The notes under the pieces are model-generated. The model worked only from the letters and a program-made list of their open reading frames with translations, did not search any database and had not been told where the DNA came from. This document shows positions 23,634 to 37,200 of a stretch of 64,000 bases of DNA, in pieces (positions within the stretch are counted from its first letter, which is position 1; every line of letters begins with the position of its first letter). The DNA lies in NCBI GenBank assembly GCA_043228905.1, contig JBHGNT010000015.1, positions 16,306,001 through 16,370,000 on the forward strand. Reading direction: 5' to 3'. A program made the translations under genes and the position numbers. Origin of the DNA: Azolla caroliniana. Its lineage: Eukaryota; Plantae; Polypodiophyta.

Positions 23634-26600
23634 TGTTGAGAGATCAAGCTCAACTTAGTTTAGTTAGTTAGTCAACCATGTAACTTCCTAGTTACCTAGA
23701 TATAATCTAGTTAGAAGTGTTGACTATAATGCCTTAAATAGGACTTTGTACTTAAGTGGGATATTCTAGATCCTCTACTCCCAAGTACATTTAATATAAG
23801 ACTTACACTTTTGTACCTATATTATCCTCAGACATGTGCACCACTTGCACATGAGATCTATATATACCTCATTGTAGGTATTTTTGTATTTGATGATGAT
23901 AATGCTTATTTAATATAAAGTTAATCATCCTCCATCTTGTGTTGTTCATAAGTGTACTTCTCTCTCTGTTCCTCTCACACGCATACATATCACTTCATAA
24001 TTAGGTACTAATTAACCCATGTTTAATTACCTAATTATTAACATGGTATCAGAGCGTGTGGTTTAGAAAATCCACTAAACCCACTCGACTCTGTGATTGT
24101 GTGTTCGAAACGCCGACGACAAATTCCGACTATCCGCTACCTTAATGCCGCTACATAGCACGAGTACGTGATCGAAGGAGGAAAAGCAAAATGGAAGACA
24201 CTACATCAAAATGAACACACAAATGGGTAGCTCGCTCCCTAGTGAAAAGCTAGACCAGAGCAATTATTCATCTTGTCCCAAGAACGCAACATGAGAGCAA
24301 GCGGCGAGTCGAGTCATGTATTGTTTGGCAACATGTGTCCACGACCACATGGTTAGCCACATTCGAGATGCCAAGACGCCTAAAGAAACGTGGGCGAACT
24401 TAAAGAAAATGTTCGCCGCCAACACAACCGCCCGAAAGCTTCAACTCCGATACGAGTTGAACAACATTCGGCAAAAAGACAAGTCCATGTCAGACTACAC
24501 CGCCAAGATCAAGAGCATTTGTGACTCACTTGGATCCATCAAAATAAACGTCGACGAAGACGAGATGGTTCAAGTATGCTTGGGTGGCCTTGCACAACGA
24601 TTCGACTCAATGAGGACGGCAATCTTGGTGAGGGAAAATCCTCCTTCGTTCTTCGTTCTTCGACCTTCAATCAATGCTAATGGTTGAAGAGAACCACGTC
24701 CAAACCAAAACCAAGACATCGGAAGGACAATTGTTCTTCTTGAATTCGGATAGTGGCCGAGGACGAGGTCGAGGCGGTAGAAGAGGTCAATTCGAGACAT
24801 CACACGAAGGGAACTCAAACCTTCGACAACAAGATGGAAGCCATCAAGGAACCTTCGGAAGAAGGGGGAGCTTCCATGCCGAACAAGGTCGGCAAATGAC
24901 GCCCACAACTTGCAACTATTGCGTAAAAATCGGCCACCGCGAGGAGTGGCAAAAAAGAAGAAGCGAGTCGGCTTCGACAAGTCGACAACTCACGAATTAC
25001 ACCGCCAACTCCGAATACGATGACTACGACGGACTATTCGTAATGAGGCATAGAGCGAACTCTATGTCGGCCTCTGACTCCGCAAGCGCCTCCAACTCGG
25101 AAGACGTGTGGTTCGTCGATTCCGGAGCATCACATCATATGACGTCACACCAAGAGTGGTTTCGTGACTTATGAACGCCGGATCAACCACCCAGCTTCAT
25201 AGAGACAGGAGACGACACCACACATCCCATTCGGCACATCGGCAATGTCCCATTCGGGAAAGAAGGCGAGAAAACTTGCATCAAGAATGTCTTGCATGTG
25301 CCCACAATAACAAAGAATTTGGTCTCCGTTAGCCAAATCGTGGAGCAAGGCATGCAAGTCCGCTTCAACAACGAAGGATGCTTCATCGAGAAAGATGGCC
25401 GACTCCTAGGTAAGGTGCAGAGAGATGGTCGAATGTTCATCCTCGATTTGAACAAGGTGAAATTGGCAATGTACGCTAAAGGTCTCAAAACCGAGGCAAG
25501 CATAGAGTTATGGCACAAGAGAATCGGCCACATAAACCTCCAACGGCTCCGAGCTATGCAATCAAAGGGAGTTGTCATCAGACTTCTGACATTCGAGTCG
25601 ACTGAGTATGCAAAGTGTGTCAACTCGGCAAACAACATCAACACCCATTCCCGAAGGAGAGCCACGCAAGCAAAGGCCTCCTTGACATCATACACTCGGA
25701 TGTATGGGGATCGGCTCAAACGCCGACGATCGGCTTATGCCGATTCTACATCACCTTCATTGACGACTACTTGCGCTGCGCATGGATCTTTTTGATGAAG
25801 AAGAAGAGTGATTGTTCTCCCACTTCCAAAAGCTCAAGGGCCAAGTTGAAAAAGAAACCGGTTGGCACATTCGATGCCTACGATTGGATGGAGGCAAGGA
25901 GTACTTCTTCGATGAATTCACCTCCTACCTCCAAAGTGAAGGCATTCGGAGAGAATTCTCGTGCCGACACACACCCCAACAAAATGGAGTAGCCGAAAGG
26001 AAGAATCGGCAAATACTCGAGGTAGCACGTGCCATGATGCATGAGAAGCACATGCCGAATTTCTATTGGGCCGAAGCGGCATCCATGGCCGTCTATCTCA
26101 TGAATCGATGCACCATTAATGGAGTGCATGAACTAACTCCATACGAGCTCCTCGTCAGAAGGAAGCCGATCCTATCGCACCTCAAGGTGTTTCGAGAAGA
26201 AGGCATACAGTGATTCGGATGCGTCGGCTCGCTCACTAGACAATGAGTTTGGTGTACCCATCATGCGGACACTCGGAGTAAAGAAGTCGCTCACATTGGC
26301 GAGTGAAAAACTTCTACGCTCATCTAGAGCTAAGAACCGCGTCACTCGGCTCGGCTACAACGGGTACATGGCCCATAACTATGCCTTCGCGATGAAGGTA
26401 GCGGCCCCTAAGAGCTCCACCGAAGCGGCTCGTAACCCACGATGGGTGGAACTAGTCGGCCTTTGCCCACAATCTACGAGCCTTCGCCACCGGCTTGAGG
26501 GGGAGGACTGAGATTGCCAAGACGAAAAAAGCCGAAGGCCGGACGGAAGCCGCACAGAAGCCAACATCGAAAGCCGGACAACGCCGTAAGCAGAACCGGA

Positions 26601-27749
26601 TGTCGGATGCCTGGCACTTGAGCTTGAGGGGGTGTGTTGAGAGATGAAGATCAACTCAGTTTAGTTAGTTAGTCAACCACGTAACTTCCTAGTTACCTAG
26701 ATAGAATTTAGTTAGAAGTGTTGACTATAACGCATTAAATAGGACCTTGTACTTAAGTGGGATATTCTAGATCCTCCACTCCCAAGTACATTTAATATAG
26801 GACTTACACTTTTGTACCTATATTATCCTCACACATGTGCACCCTTGCACATGAGATCTATATATACCTCATTGTAGGTATTTTTGTACTTGATGATGAT
26901 AATGCTAATTTAATATTGACAGGAACTATACACTCCCCTATGAACAACGCTCGGCCACAACCGAGCTTAGAATCAAACACAGAAAAAACGGGAATGAATG
27001 CACGACACAAAATTGAGAGAAGAGTACACAGGATGTTTATGTGGAAAACCCAAACTAGGGAAAAACCACGGCAGCCCACAGGCTGCAAACTATCACTATG
27101 TTATAGTGTACAACAGTAAAGCACCGAGGCAACAACCTCGAGCTTTCTATCTTCGCCATAGGCGGCGGTTACAACAGAGGCAACAACCTCTTCCTCTCTC
27201 TCTCTCTTTGTACACAGTTACACGCTCTGATCTTGCGCAAACAAGAATAACAACACACTCATAAGTTTGCCCTAAGTCATATTTATACTAATATGACTTT
27301 CCGGCTATTTACAAATATAGCCCCGATGGACTCTCAGAAAACATATTTACGAATATGTCTCTTCATCCGGTGAGCACTCCTCACCGGGTCTGCACCATCT
27401 GGCTCTCCGTAGCCGGGTACTCCTCATCCGGTTCTCACCAGGTCTGCACCATCCGGCTCTTCGTAGCCGGGTTCTCCTCATCCGGTTCTCACTGGGTCTG
27501 CACCATCCGGCTCTCCGTAGCCGGGTTCTCCTCATCCGGTTTCGGCCGAGGCCAATAATCCCATCTGAAGGGACCTGTCTCCTAGCAAATATAGAGTTAA
27601 TCATCCCCCATCTTGTGTTGTTCATAAGTGTACCTCTCTCTCTCTTCCTCTCACACACATACACACACATATAAGTTAACCTTCCGCTTATCAACTAATC
27701 ACATAATTAGGTACTAATTAACCCATGTTTAATTACCTAATTATTAACA
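23634..27749 (+). mobile_element. Copia element A, internally deleted (gag, protease, GAG-pre-integrase, integrase core; RT and RNase H missing)
   Basis: 5' LTR 23634-24043, PBS TGGTATCAGAGC 24044-24055 (tRNA-iMet), PPT 26624-26634, 3' LTR 26635-27749 (interrupted), TSD CCGAT/CCAAT. Motifs WFVDSGASHHMT, LWHKRIGH and PQQNGVAERKNR. Confidence 0.92.
26917..27587 (-). mobile_element. Solo LTR (related to the LTR of Copia E) inserted in the 3' LTR of element A
   Basis: TG...CA ends with TSD AATAT (26912-26916 and 27588-27592). Shares promoter palindromes and the GTGGTTTTTCCC/GGGTTTTCCAC motif with the E LTR. Internal 54-bp tandem repeat x~3.5 at ~27360-27545. Confidence 0.88.
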
Positions 27750-28140
27750 CCAATGTACTACATCAGATTTCTATTGAAAATCCAAGACTTTCAATGAGAA
27801 TCCGAAGGATTTTCAATTGAAATCTAATGCACTGCATCAAGTTCTCGTTGAAAGTGATTTTCTTTTGAAAAAAAATTTAATGTTGAAAATCGAAGACTTT
27901 CAATTAGAATCTAATGGATTTTCAATTGAAATCTAATGCATTGCATCAGATTCTCATTGAAAGTGGTTTTTTTTTTTGAAAACAACAAAATCCGATGTAG
28001 TGCATTGGATTTTGGTTGAAAGTTTTTTTAATTAAATTTTGTTTAAAAAAAACATACTTTCAACAAGAATCTAATGCATTGCATCGGATTCTCATTGAAA
28101 ACAGTAAGATCCAATGTAGTGCATCGGATTTTGGTTGATT
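27750..28140. repeat. AT-rich degenerate tandem/palindromic array (AATCCGATGTAGTGCATCGGATT, TTTCAATTGAAA units)
   Basis: Repeated units are visible and continue the sequence left of 23634, so elements A and B1 inserted into it. Confidence 0.6.
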
Positions 28141-31100
28141 TTTTGTTTCTTTGTATGACTTCTTGTTGAGCGGCAAGCTCAACCGGATCTGGATCGGTAT
28201 TCGGATGATATCCGGAAGGATTAGCCGGATCGGTATGCGGATAGTATCTGGATACAACCGGCTGGATCGGGGAGACGGATCAGAGAGCCGGATTCGAGTG
28301 TGAACCGGACGCCTAGTAGTAGCTTAGACTACTAGGTAATCATTGTCTCGTAGTTAGTATCAGTTGCTTATTTGAGCATTGAAGTACATAGTACTTCTAT
28401 CACTCCTTCTTTGAGGACTTGTATAAATAGTGCTGTTTAGCACGTTGTAGACACAGAGTTTCAGAATTGTTAAAATGTATGTGCAGAAGCGTAAGACAAC
28501 AGCTTGGCTGCGTAGCAGCAGAGGGAAAGAGAGAGAGAGAGAATAATACACAGAATACAGAGAGTACTCGGGAGAGATAGACAGAGCAGAACAATAATCT
28601 AAATTCAGAAATTATATTAACACTCTGTACATGAAACGTGCTCAACGTCACTATTTATACAAGTCATGAGAGGACTGACAGAAGTACCGCGTACATCAAT
28701 GCTCACTCTAGCGTCTGGCACTGACTACGAGACTATTAACTCCCTAGTAGTCTAGCTGCTACTAGGCTTCCAGTTCCTGATGGATCCGGCTAACCGGCTC
28801 CCCAGCTCACCGACTCACTTGCTCACCGGGTCATCGATCCGGCTCATCCTTTTGGATGCCGATCCGGCTCAGGCTTATTCAGCCGATTCGGATCCGGTTG
28901 AGCTTGCCGCTCAACACTCCCCCTCAAGCTCAACTTGAGGTTGGATCGTAGTGTCAGTCTCCATGGTAGCCGGTCCTTCCACCTGGTTCCTTTTGGCTTC
29001 ACTCCGCCTCGCTCGTGCTCCTCGTTCGGTCTGGTCCCGTTTGCCGCAATCCTTCTGTTCCTGCGCACCTCGACCTCCTCGGTCGGCTTGTTTGCTCAAC
29101 AAGCCCAATTCAGCTCCCTCGCTGCTGTGACTTCGACTCTTGCCGATTCTCCGATTCCTTCGTGTTGGTGTCGACTTTCACTGCCTTCTCGTCCTCTTGG
29201 CCTTGAATTGATCCAGTTCTTCCGAATCCTTTTGTAGAACTGAATCGGCTGTCTCCGATTCGTTCCAGCTCTTGTCCGAATTGGTCGCTCTTGATTCGTC
29301 TTCATGTTCCAGGACCTTCACCACATTGGACCATGTCCGGGTCTTGACCTTCTTCTTCCGATTGGCTTTGTCCTTCTTGACTCTGCCTCCGCTACCGCTT
29401 GTTCTGACTTGTTCGGATGTGTCAACTTCCTTTGTCAACTCGGGTCCTTTCTTCTTCTTGTCTCCCCCTTTGTTGGTTCTTCCCTCACCGGCACAATCGA
29501 CAATCTCTTTGCCTTTGCCCGCTCTAGTGTCTTTGCTCGTTCTCCCCCTCAAGTGTGGCACGTCGAGATGCTGAACACCATTCATTTCGGTGAAGTGCTG
29601 CAACTTGTTCGATCTGAGTGGTTTGGTGAAGATGTTGGCAACTTGCAGATCCGTATGAACATACCGAAGTTCGACTTCACCGCTCAGGACATGCTCACGC
29701 ACGAGGTGATAGTGCACTTCTATGTGCTTTTGTGCGAGCATGGAATACAGGGTTCTTGGCGAGCTGGATGCTGCTCATATTGTCGCAGTAGATCAGGATC
29801 GGGGTTGGTACCTTGATTCGTAGGTCTTGCAGCAGTCGCCGAAGCCAAATGGCTTTATAGGTGGCGATGGTAGCGCCTCGATACTCAGCCTCAGTGCTCG
29901 ACAGAGCCACTGTTGGCTGCTTTTTGCTGCTCCACGCAACAACCGCGCTACCTAGGGAAAACATGTAACCGGAAGTTGATTGATGATCTGATGCATCAAT
30001 GGACCAGTCGGCATCCATGTAACCGACGAGCTCTTCGGTTATACCTCGCCGGTATAACAGTCCCCGGTCCTTCGTGCCGCTCACATACCGCAGTATTCGG
30101 TGCGCGCACTAAAGATGCTCGACGGTCGGCTTCTGCATGAATTGGCTCATCACACCGACCAGATAGCTGATGTCAGGTCGGGTGATGGTCAAATATATAA
30201 GGCTTCCGACAATTTGTCGGAACCGTTTCTCATCGCAGGCTGGTCCAGAGTTGGGACAGAGCTTCTGGTTCTGGTCCAAGGGTGTTGAGACAGGTCGACA
30301 TTCTGTCATGCTGAACTTGTACAACATATTCAACACATAGTGTCTTTGTGAGAACAATATGCCGTCGGGGGTTCGGATCACCTCGATCCCAAGGAAATAC
30401 TGAAGGTCCCCCAGGTCCTTCATCTCAAATGCGTCCGACAGCTGGGACTTGACTCGGCTGATTTCATCAAGTCTGGGTCCAGTGATGACTAGATCATCAA
30501 CATACAACAAGATGCAAACCGAACCGTCCGGACCTTGCCGGATGAACAACGAAGAGTCGGACTTGGAGGCCGCAAACCCCATCTTACGCAACCGGTGCGT
30601 AATCTTCGCATTCCAAGCTTGGGGGGCTTGCTTTAGGCCATAAAGTGACTTCTTTAGCCGGCATACTGCCGACTTGTTCATTTCCGACTGAAAACCGGGG
30701 GGTTGGGTCATAAAGAGCTCTTCTTCAAGATCGCCTTGAAGAAATGCATTCTTCACGTCCATTTGGTGAACATGCCACCCCCTTGCCGCAACAACCGCTA
30801 GCACCACACAAACCATCGTCATCTTCGCTACCGGAGCGAAGGTCTCGTCGTAGTCGATTCCGTGGGTCTGCGCGTATCCCTTTCTCACTAACCGGGCCTT
30901 GTACCGGTTAACCGAACCGTCGGCATTGTACTTTATCTTGTACACCCACTTACATCCGATTGGTTTACAACGTCGGGGAGGGTCAACTAGGTCCCATGTG
31001 TCGTTGGCATCAAGTGCCCACATCTCTTCCTCCATAGCAGCACGCCAATGTGCGTCCTTTGCCGCTTCTGCGTAGCTCCCCGGCTCACGCACTTCCGCCA

Positions 31101-31982
31101 GCTTGGTCATGTATGCATAGTGATGCGCCATGTACTCATTGTACCCGTACCGCGTAACAAGGTTCTTTTGGCGAGAAGACCGACGTAACTTGGTATTACC
31201 CGGTTTGGGGCCCTTCTTGGCCAGGTCGGACTTCATTCCTGAAGATCCGCCTTCATCTTTTCCGGAGTTGGTTTCGCACCAATCCGACTCAGCGTTGCCG
31301 GTTTCGTATTCCGGTATCTTCTTCTTCCCCTTCTCCTTGCGCGTGAACCGTCTCCTCGGTTCCTTGCGCGGGGAGAGCATGGTAGAGTCTCCACTACTCG
31401 CCGGTTCCTCATCCGACTGGTCATCTCGACTCAGCCACTCATTCGGTCCACTTAACCGAAATGAGATCGGACTCTCTTCTAGAGTGCCGACGTCTTTATC
31501 TTCTAACTGGACCAGTTCAGGCTCACTATGTCAAGACTGAGAGAGAAAAAGAGATAGAGAGATAATTGAAAGAGAATTATTATATTGAAGCGTAAAATGG
31601 ATTACAAAGAGTAGGCTACAAAATGGCATTGAACCAATTTAGGTTTGGGATGGGTGATAGATCCCTATTTATAAGTAATAGAGAACACTCTAGAATATTC
31701 TAGGTTATCCTATAATGTAGAGTAATCTAGAAGATCTCTAGAGTATTCTAGAAGGTTCTAGTGGTATAGAACACTCTAGAATATTCTAGGTCATTCTAGA
31801 ATGTAGAGTAATATAGAATATTCCTATGATATTAGATTTCATATTCTAGAGACTATACATATAAGAATATTAATACAATGGTTAAGGATTTGATATGTAT
31901 ACAACAAGGTCGTGGGTTCAAATCCTTTCGAGTCATAATGTGAGTGTCATGATCCTTTCAATGCATGATGTGAGTGTTATCA

Positions 31983-33620
31983 TCACACTATCCCCCTTCT
32001 TCGACGACACGTCTCACGGGTTGTAGGGTTTGTATTAGGACCAGGTTTAGAAGGATATTGGCGATGAAATGCATTGACGAGTTCTGTAGCATTGGAAAGA
32101 TTTGTGGCAGGTTCCCAAGTTCGATCATTGGGGGTATAGCCTAGCCAATCGACTAAGTAATACAGCTTGTTGCGCAGAATTTTAGAATCAAGAACGGCAT
32201 CAACTTCAAATTCAGGCCCATCCAAGAACTCGACAGGTGGGGGGGGTGTCGTAAGAAGGACCGGAATTGAACTTGTAGTATAAGGTTCCAAAAGGGATAC
32301 ATGAGACACCGGATGAAGATGCATGTGCGGAGGGAGGTCAAGACGAAATGCAACATCACTTATCTTACCAGTGATCATGTAAGGGCCAAAACGTTGGTAA
32401 TCCAATTTACTGCAAGGTTGAGTGGTGTTGATGTTGTGTTGGAGAAGCCATACATGATTCCCAATGCGGAACTTTTTTGAGGAGTCTAGACGATGACGAT
32501 CGGCAAGCCTCTTGTGTGTAAATTGAGCATCGTGAAAATTGTGGAGAATGTTAGCTTGAATTTCTTGGAGGCAACTACGAAGATCCTCGGCAACAGGGTT
32601 GGTAGGAACTTCCGGGTGCGCATTCATCGTCCACCTAGGATGACAACCCATATTTGCGTAAAATGGGGAATATCCTATAGAAGAATGGGTTGAGTTGTTG
32701 TAAGCGAATTCCACCAAGTGCAAAAAATCAACCCAATCATCTTGTTGATAGTTGATGAAACAACGAAGATATTGTTCCAATGTCTGGTTGGTACGCTCTG
32801 TTTGGCCATTTGTTTCAGGATGATAGCTCGAAGAAAGCTTAACTGAAATGTGGAGAAGTTTGAACAGGTGCTTCCAAAACTTTGAGATGAATTGTGGACC
32901 ACGATCACTAATAATATCATCAGGTAGACCATGATGCTTAAATACCTCCCGCAAAACGAGGTCAGCCGCCTCTTGACTAGTAATCGACTTTGTACATGGC
33001 AAGAAATGTGCTATTTTGGTAAATCGATCAACCACTGTGAGAATTGCATCAAAACCTTTTGAAACTGGGAGATCAGTAATGAAGTCCAAGGATATAGACT
33101 TCCAAGGAGTTTCCGGAATGGGAAGTGGCTGTAGTAAGCCATAGGGTCGGTGACGAGGATTCTTTGATCGACAACATATATCACAGCTCCGAACATACTC
33201 CTCAACAAAATGACGAAGGCGAGGCCACCAATAGTGTCGAGAAATTAATTCTAGAGTCTTGTGAACTCCAAAATGACCAGCCATTGGTGAGTCATGGCAA
33301 TGTTGCAAAACTTGTAGCCGTGGGGGACCATCAAGAACATACAATAAATTTTGTCGAAATAGAAAACCACCATGCCAATAGAACTGACAATAGTCATTAC
33401 GAGGATTTTTCGACTGTGAGCAAGAAGCACGATCCAGGACAATATGATCCAAAACATCCTTGGCGAAATCATCAGTGGCCATATGATCTCGAATGGAATC
33501 AAGAAGAGTGGAATTTTCAAGAGTTGTTATAGCGTTAACTACCATTAATCGTAATCGATTAGGACCCAAAAGGATTTGTTTTGGATGCTCAAATGCAGGT
33601 TCCCCTGGACGAAGTTCCAT
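31983..33620 (-). pseudogene. Gypsy C integrase (HHCC, DDE, GPY/F) plus chromodomain
   Basis: HDSPMAGHFG..CDICC, SLDFITDLP, SDRGPQF, YHPETNGQTER and GPY. FEVDAVLD..YYLVDWLGYTPNDRTWEP is a group-I-type chromodomain. Confidence 0.93.
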
Positions 33621-34274
33621 ATAAGAGCACCGAGAAAGAGCATCTGCTTTGCCTTACTGCATCCCAGGGCGATATATGATGCTAAAGTTGAAGTGAGTCA
33701 AAAATTGCGCCCACCGGGCTTGTCGCCGACTCAAGACTCGAACATTTTGGAAATAAGTCAGGTTCTTATGATCATTGTAGACAATGATCGGCTGAGAAGA
33801 ACCTTCTAAGAAATGTCGCCATTGTTGAAACGAATCCACGATTGCAAGAAGCTCTTTGTCATGGATGTCGTAGTTGATCTCTGCAGCTTCAAACTTTCGT
33901 GAATGAAAGGCGACAGGGTGTAGTTGTCCATCATCTCCAGTCTACGAGAGGACACTCCCTAGTGCAAAATCGGATGCATCGGCTTCGAGGATGAAGCGTT
34001 TTGTTGGGTCGACATGTGCTAAGATAGGTGCCGTTGTAAATGCTCATTTTAAGCTTTCGAATGCCTCGGCTGCATCTGAACTCCATATAAATGGTTGATC
34101 TTTATGTGTGAGCTAAGTAAGCGGAAGCACAACCTTGGAATAATCTTTAATAAATTTTCGATAAAAATTTGCAAACCCGAGAAAACATTGCACATCACGC
34201 ATTGAAAGGGGCGTTTGCCACTCTAAAATTGCTTGTACCTTCATGGGGTCCATAGCAATACCATTTGACGATAC

Positions 34275-37200
34275 TGTTGGGATTACGGTCCCTCCGGATG
34301 GGATGGTCAGATGTCCGGGAATCGGGAATGAAGACCCGAATGAGGAGTACCCGGTATCGGAACCGATTGATGAAGACCCGGTTTCGGATCCGGATGATGA
34401 AGACCCCGACTACGGAGCCGGATGACGAATGTACCCGGAGAGAGATCCGGATGCGGGGACATATTTGTGAATATGTTTGCCAAGGGCCCTCTAGGCTATA
34501 TTTGTAAATAGCCCGAAAGTCATATGTGTATAAATATGACTTAGGGCAAACAGTTTTGTAGTTGTTGCTCATTTTTCTGTTTTCCACTTAGAGGGAGCGA
34601 AGTGAGAGCAGCCGAGAGAGAGTGAGAGAGAGAGAGAAAGGAAGAGGTCGACGCCTCTGTGTAATACCGCCGCCTGTGGCGAGGACAGCGAGCTCAAGGT
34701 CGTCGCCTTGCAGCTCGCCATTGTACATTCCCTGCGTATAGTGATAGTTGGAGTCTTGCACTCCCGTGGTTTTTCCCGTCTAGGGTTTTCCACGCTAAAC
34801 CCTGTGCATTCGAGTCTCTCTCTGTGTTTTCGATTTACTGCTGCATTGACTCGTGTTTCCTCGGTTGTGGCCGAGAGGTGAAGGTTTTGAAAGCGTCAAT
34901 TTCTAACAATTTGGTATCAGAGCGACTGCAGTGCAGAAAATGGAAGGCGGCAGCAGCGGGCAGCCGGGGATGATGGTGCTGAATGCGCAGAACTACGCCG
35001 ACTGGAAGATAAAGATGGAGGATCTGCTCATTGTTCGGGACCTGTATGAACCGATCGACAGGTCGGAAATACCCAAGGGGGTACTTGAGACGGAATGGAG
35101 GCTTCTGAACCGGAAAGCCGTTGCAACCATTCGGCAATACGTCGACGTGAGCGTTCTACAACATGTGGCGAACGACACCAACGCATATGAGATGTGGCAG
35201 AAGCTGTCGGGCCTCTACGAGAGGAAGAATGCGTTGAACCGGACCTCCCTGATGAGGAAGATAGTGAACCTCAAGTACCGGGACGGCGAGAGTATGGTGG
35301 AACACGTAAGCACGTTCATGGGATTCGTGAACCAGCTTGCGGCGATCAAGTTCCCGTTGGAGGATGCAATGCAACCCATCATGCTGATGTGTACATTGCC
35401 GGAAAGCTGGGAGAACTTGGTGGTGACTCTCAGTACCTCCTGCACCGAAGATAACTTGTCCCTACAAACGGTAAAGACAAGCATTTTGAACGAAGAAGCG
35501 CGTCGGAGAGATAAAGAACCGGCCTCCGATCCGAAGATGCTGCTTACCGAATCGGATCGGGGAAGACAACGGAACCGGAGTCCGCAAAGACGGGAGAAGT
35601 CGGGGACCCGGTCGCAGTCAAGAGGAAGGCCCACATGCTTCCACTGTGGGAAGCCGGGGCACTTCCGAAAGAATTGTCGGCATTACCGAAAAGACAATGG
35701 AGCCGACGACACCGATTCGAAGAAGTCTTCGGAACGGAACGGTGCTTACCGGGGAGCCACGGACCGGAACGGTTCGGATCAGCGAGGGCAGGACCGGAAA
35801 GGAATGACGACACTCGCGGCAAGTGAAGAGGAGATCATGCTCATCACCGAAGAAGGTGAACTAAAAATTGCCGGCGATGAGACTACCTGGGTGGTCGATT
35901 CCGGAGCGTCGTTCCACCTGACCCCGGAAAGAAGATACTTCTCATCCTACACAGCCGGTGAGCATGGCTGTGTTCGGATGGGAAATGACGGTACGTGCCG
36001 GATTGCCGGCATAGGAGACGTGTGGTTGACAACCTCGACCGGATGCAAAATGTTGCTGAAGGATGTCCGACACGTTCCGGAGGTTCGATTGAACCTGATT
36101 TCGGCCGGGAGGCTAGACGATGAAGGCTACACAGGTAGCATCCGGAACTGCGTAATGAAGTTCAGCAAGGGGAGCCTGATAGTGGCTCGGGCCCGGAAAG
36201 TCAACACACTGTACCTTATGAATGCCTGGTTGTGTCCGGAGGAGTTGAACGTGGCAGCCGACACTGCCGGTGAGCTGTGGCACAAGAGACTGTGCCACAT
36301 GAGTGAGAAGGGGATGAAGAGGCTTGCAGAAGACAACCTTATTCCAGTGAAGCATGTGCACCTGGAGAAGTGCACCGATTGCCTGGCCGGTAAGCAGAAC
36401 CGAACCTCCTTCCACTCAAGGCCACCGACGAGACGTAGCGCACCATTGGAGTTGGTGCACACTGACGTGTGTCAAGTAGAAACGAAGTCACATGGCGGAG
36501 CCCAGTACTTCGTGACATTCATTGATGACCACAGCCGGAAGCTGTGGACGGCACCGTTGAAGACAAAGGACCAAGTGTTGTGCGTCTTCAAAGAACTCCA
36601 CGCGAGAGTGGAAAGGGAATCCGGCAAGAAGCTGAAAGCGATACGAGCGGATAACGGAGGGGAATACCGGGGGCAGTTCGAGGAGTACTGTCGCTCGAAG
36701 GGAATCCGGCTCGAGTTTACTGTGCCGAAGACGCCGAAACTGAACAGGCTGGCCGAGAGGATGAACCGGACCATAATGGAGAGGGTCCGGAGTATACTGG
36801 CGCATGCGAAATTACCCAAGGGGTTTTGGGCTGAGGCAATGTCGACGACGACATACGTGATAAACAGATCACCCTCAGTACCTTTGGACGGAGACACGCC
36901 GCAGAGAGTGTGAACCGGTAGGGAAGTATCCTACCGGCATCTGAAGGTGTTCGGGTGTCTCGCATATGTGCATGTGGCAAAGGACCGGAGAGGAAAGCTA
37001 GATCCAAAGACCCGGCCATGCATATTCCTCGGTTACGGCGATGACGAGTTCGGCTACCGAGTATGGGACCCGGTCAACAAAAAGATATTCCGGAGTCGTG
37101 ATATCATCTTCATGGAGGACAAGACACTCGCCGACTGGGAGTCGGAGAAGAAGATGAAGAGCTCCAAGTCGACCGGTGAGGATCAACTCTACGAGGAGCA

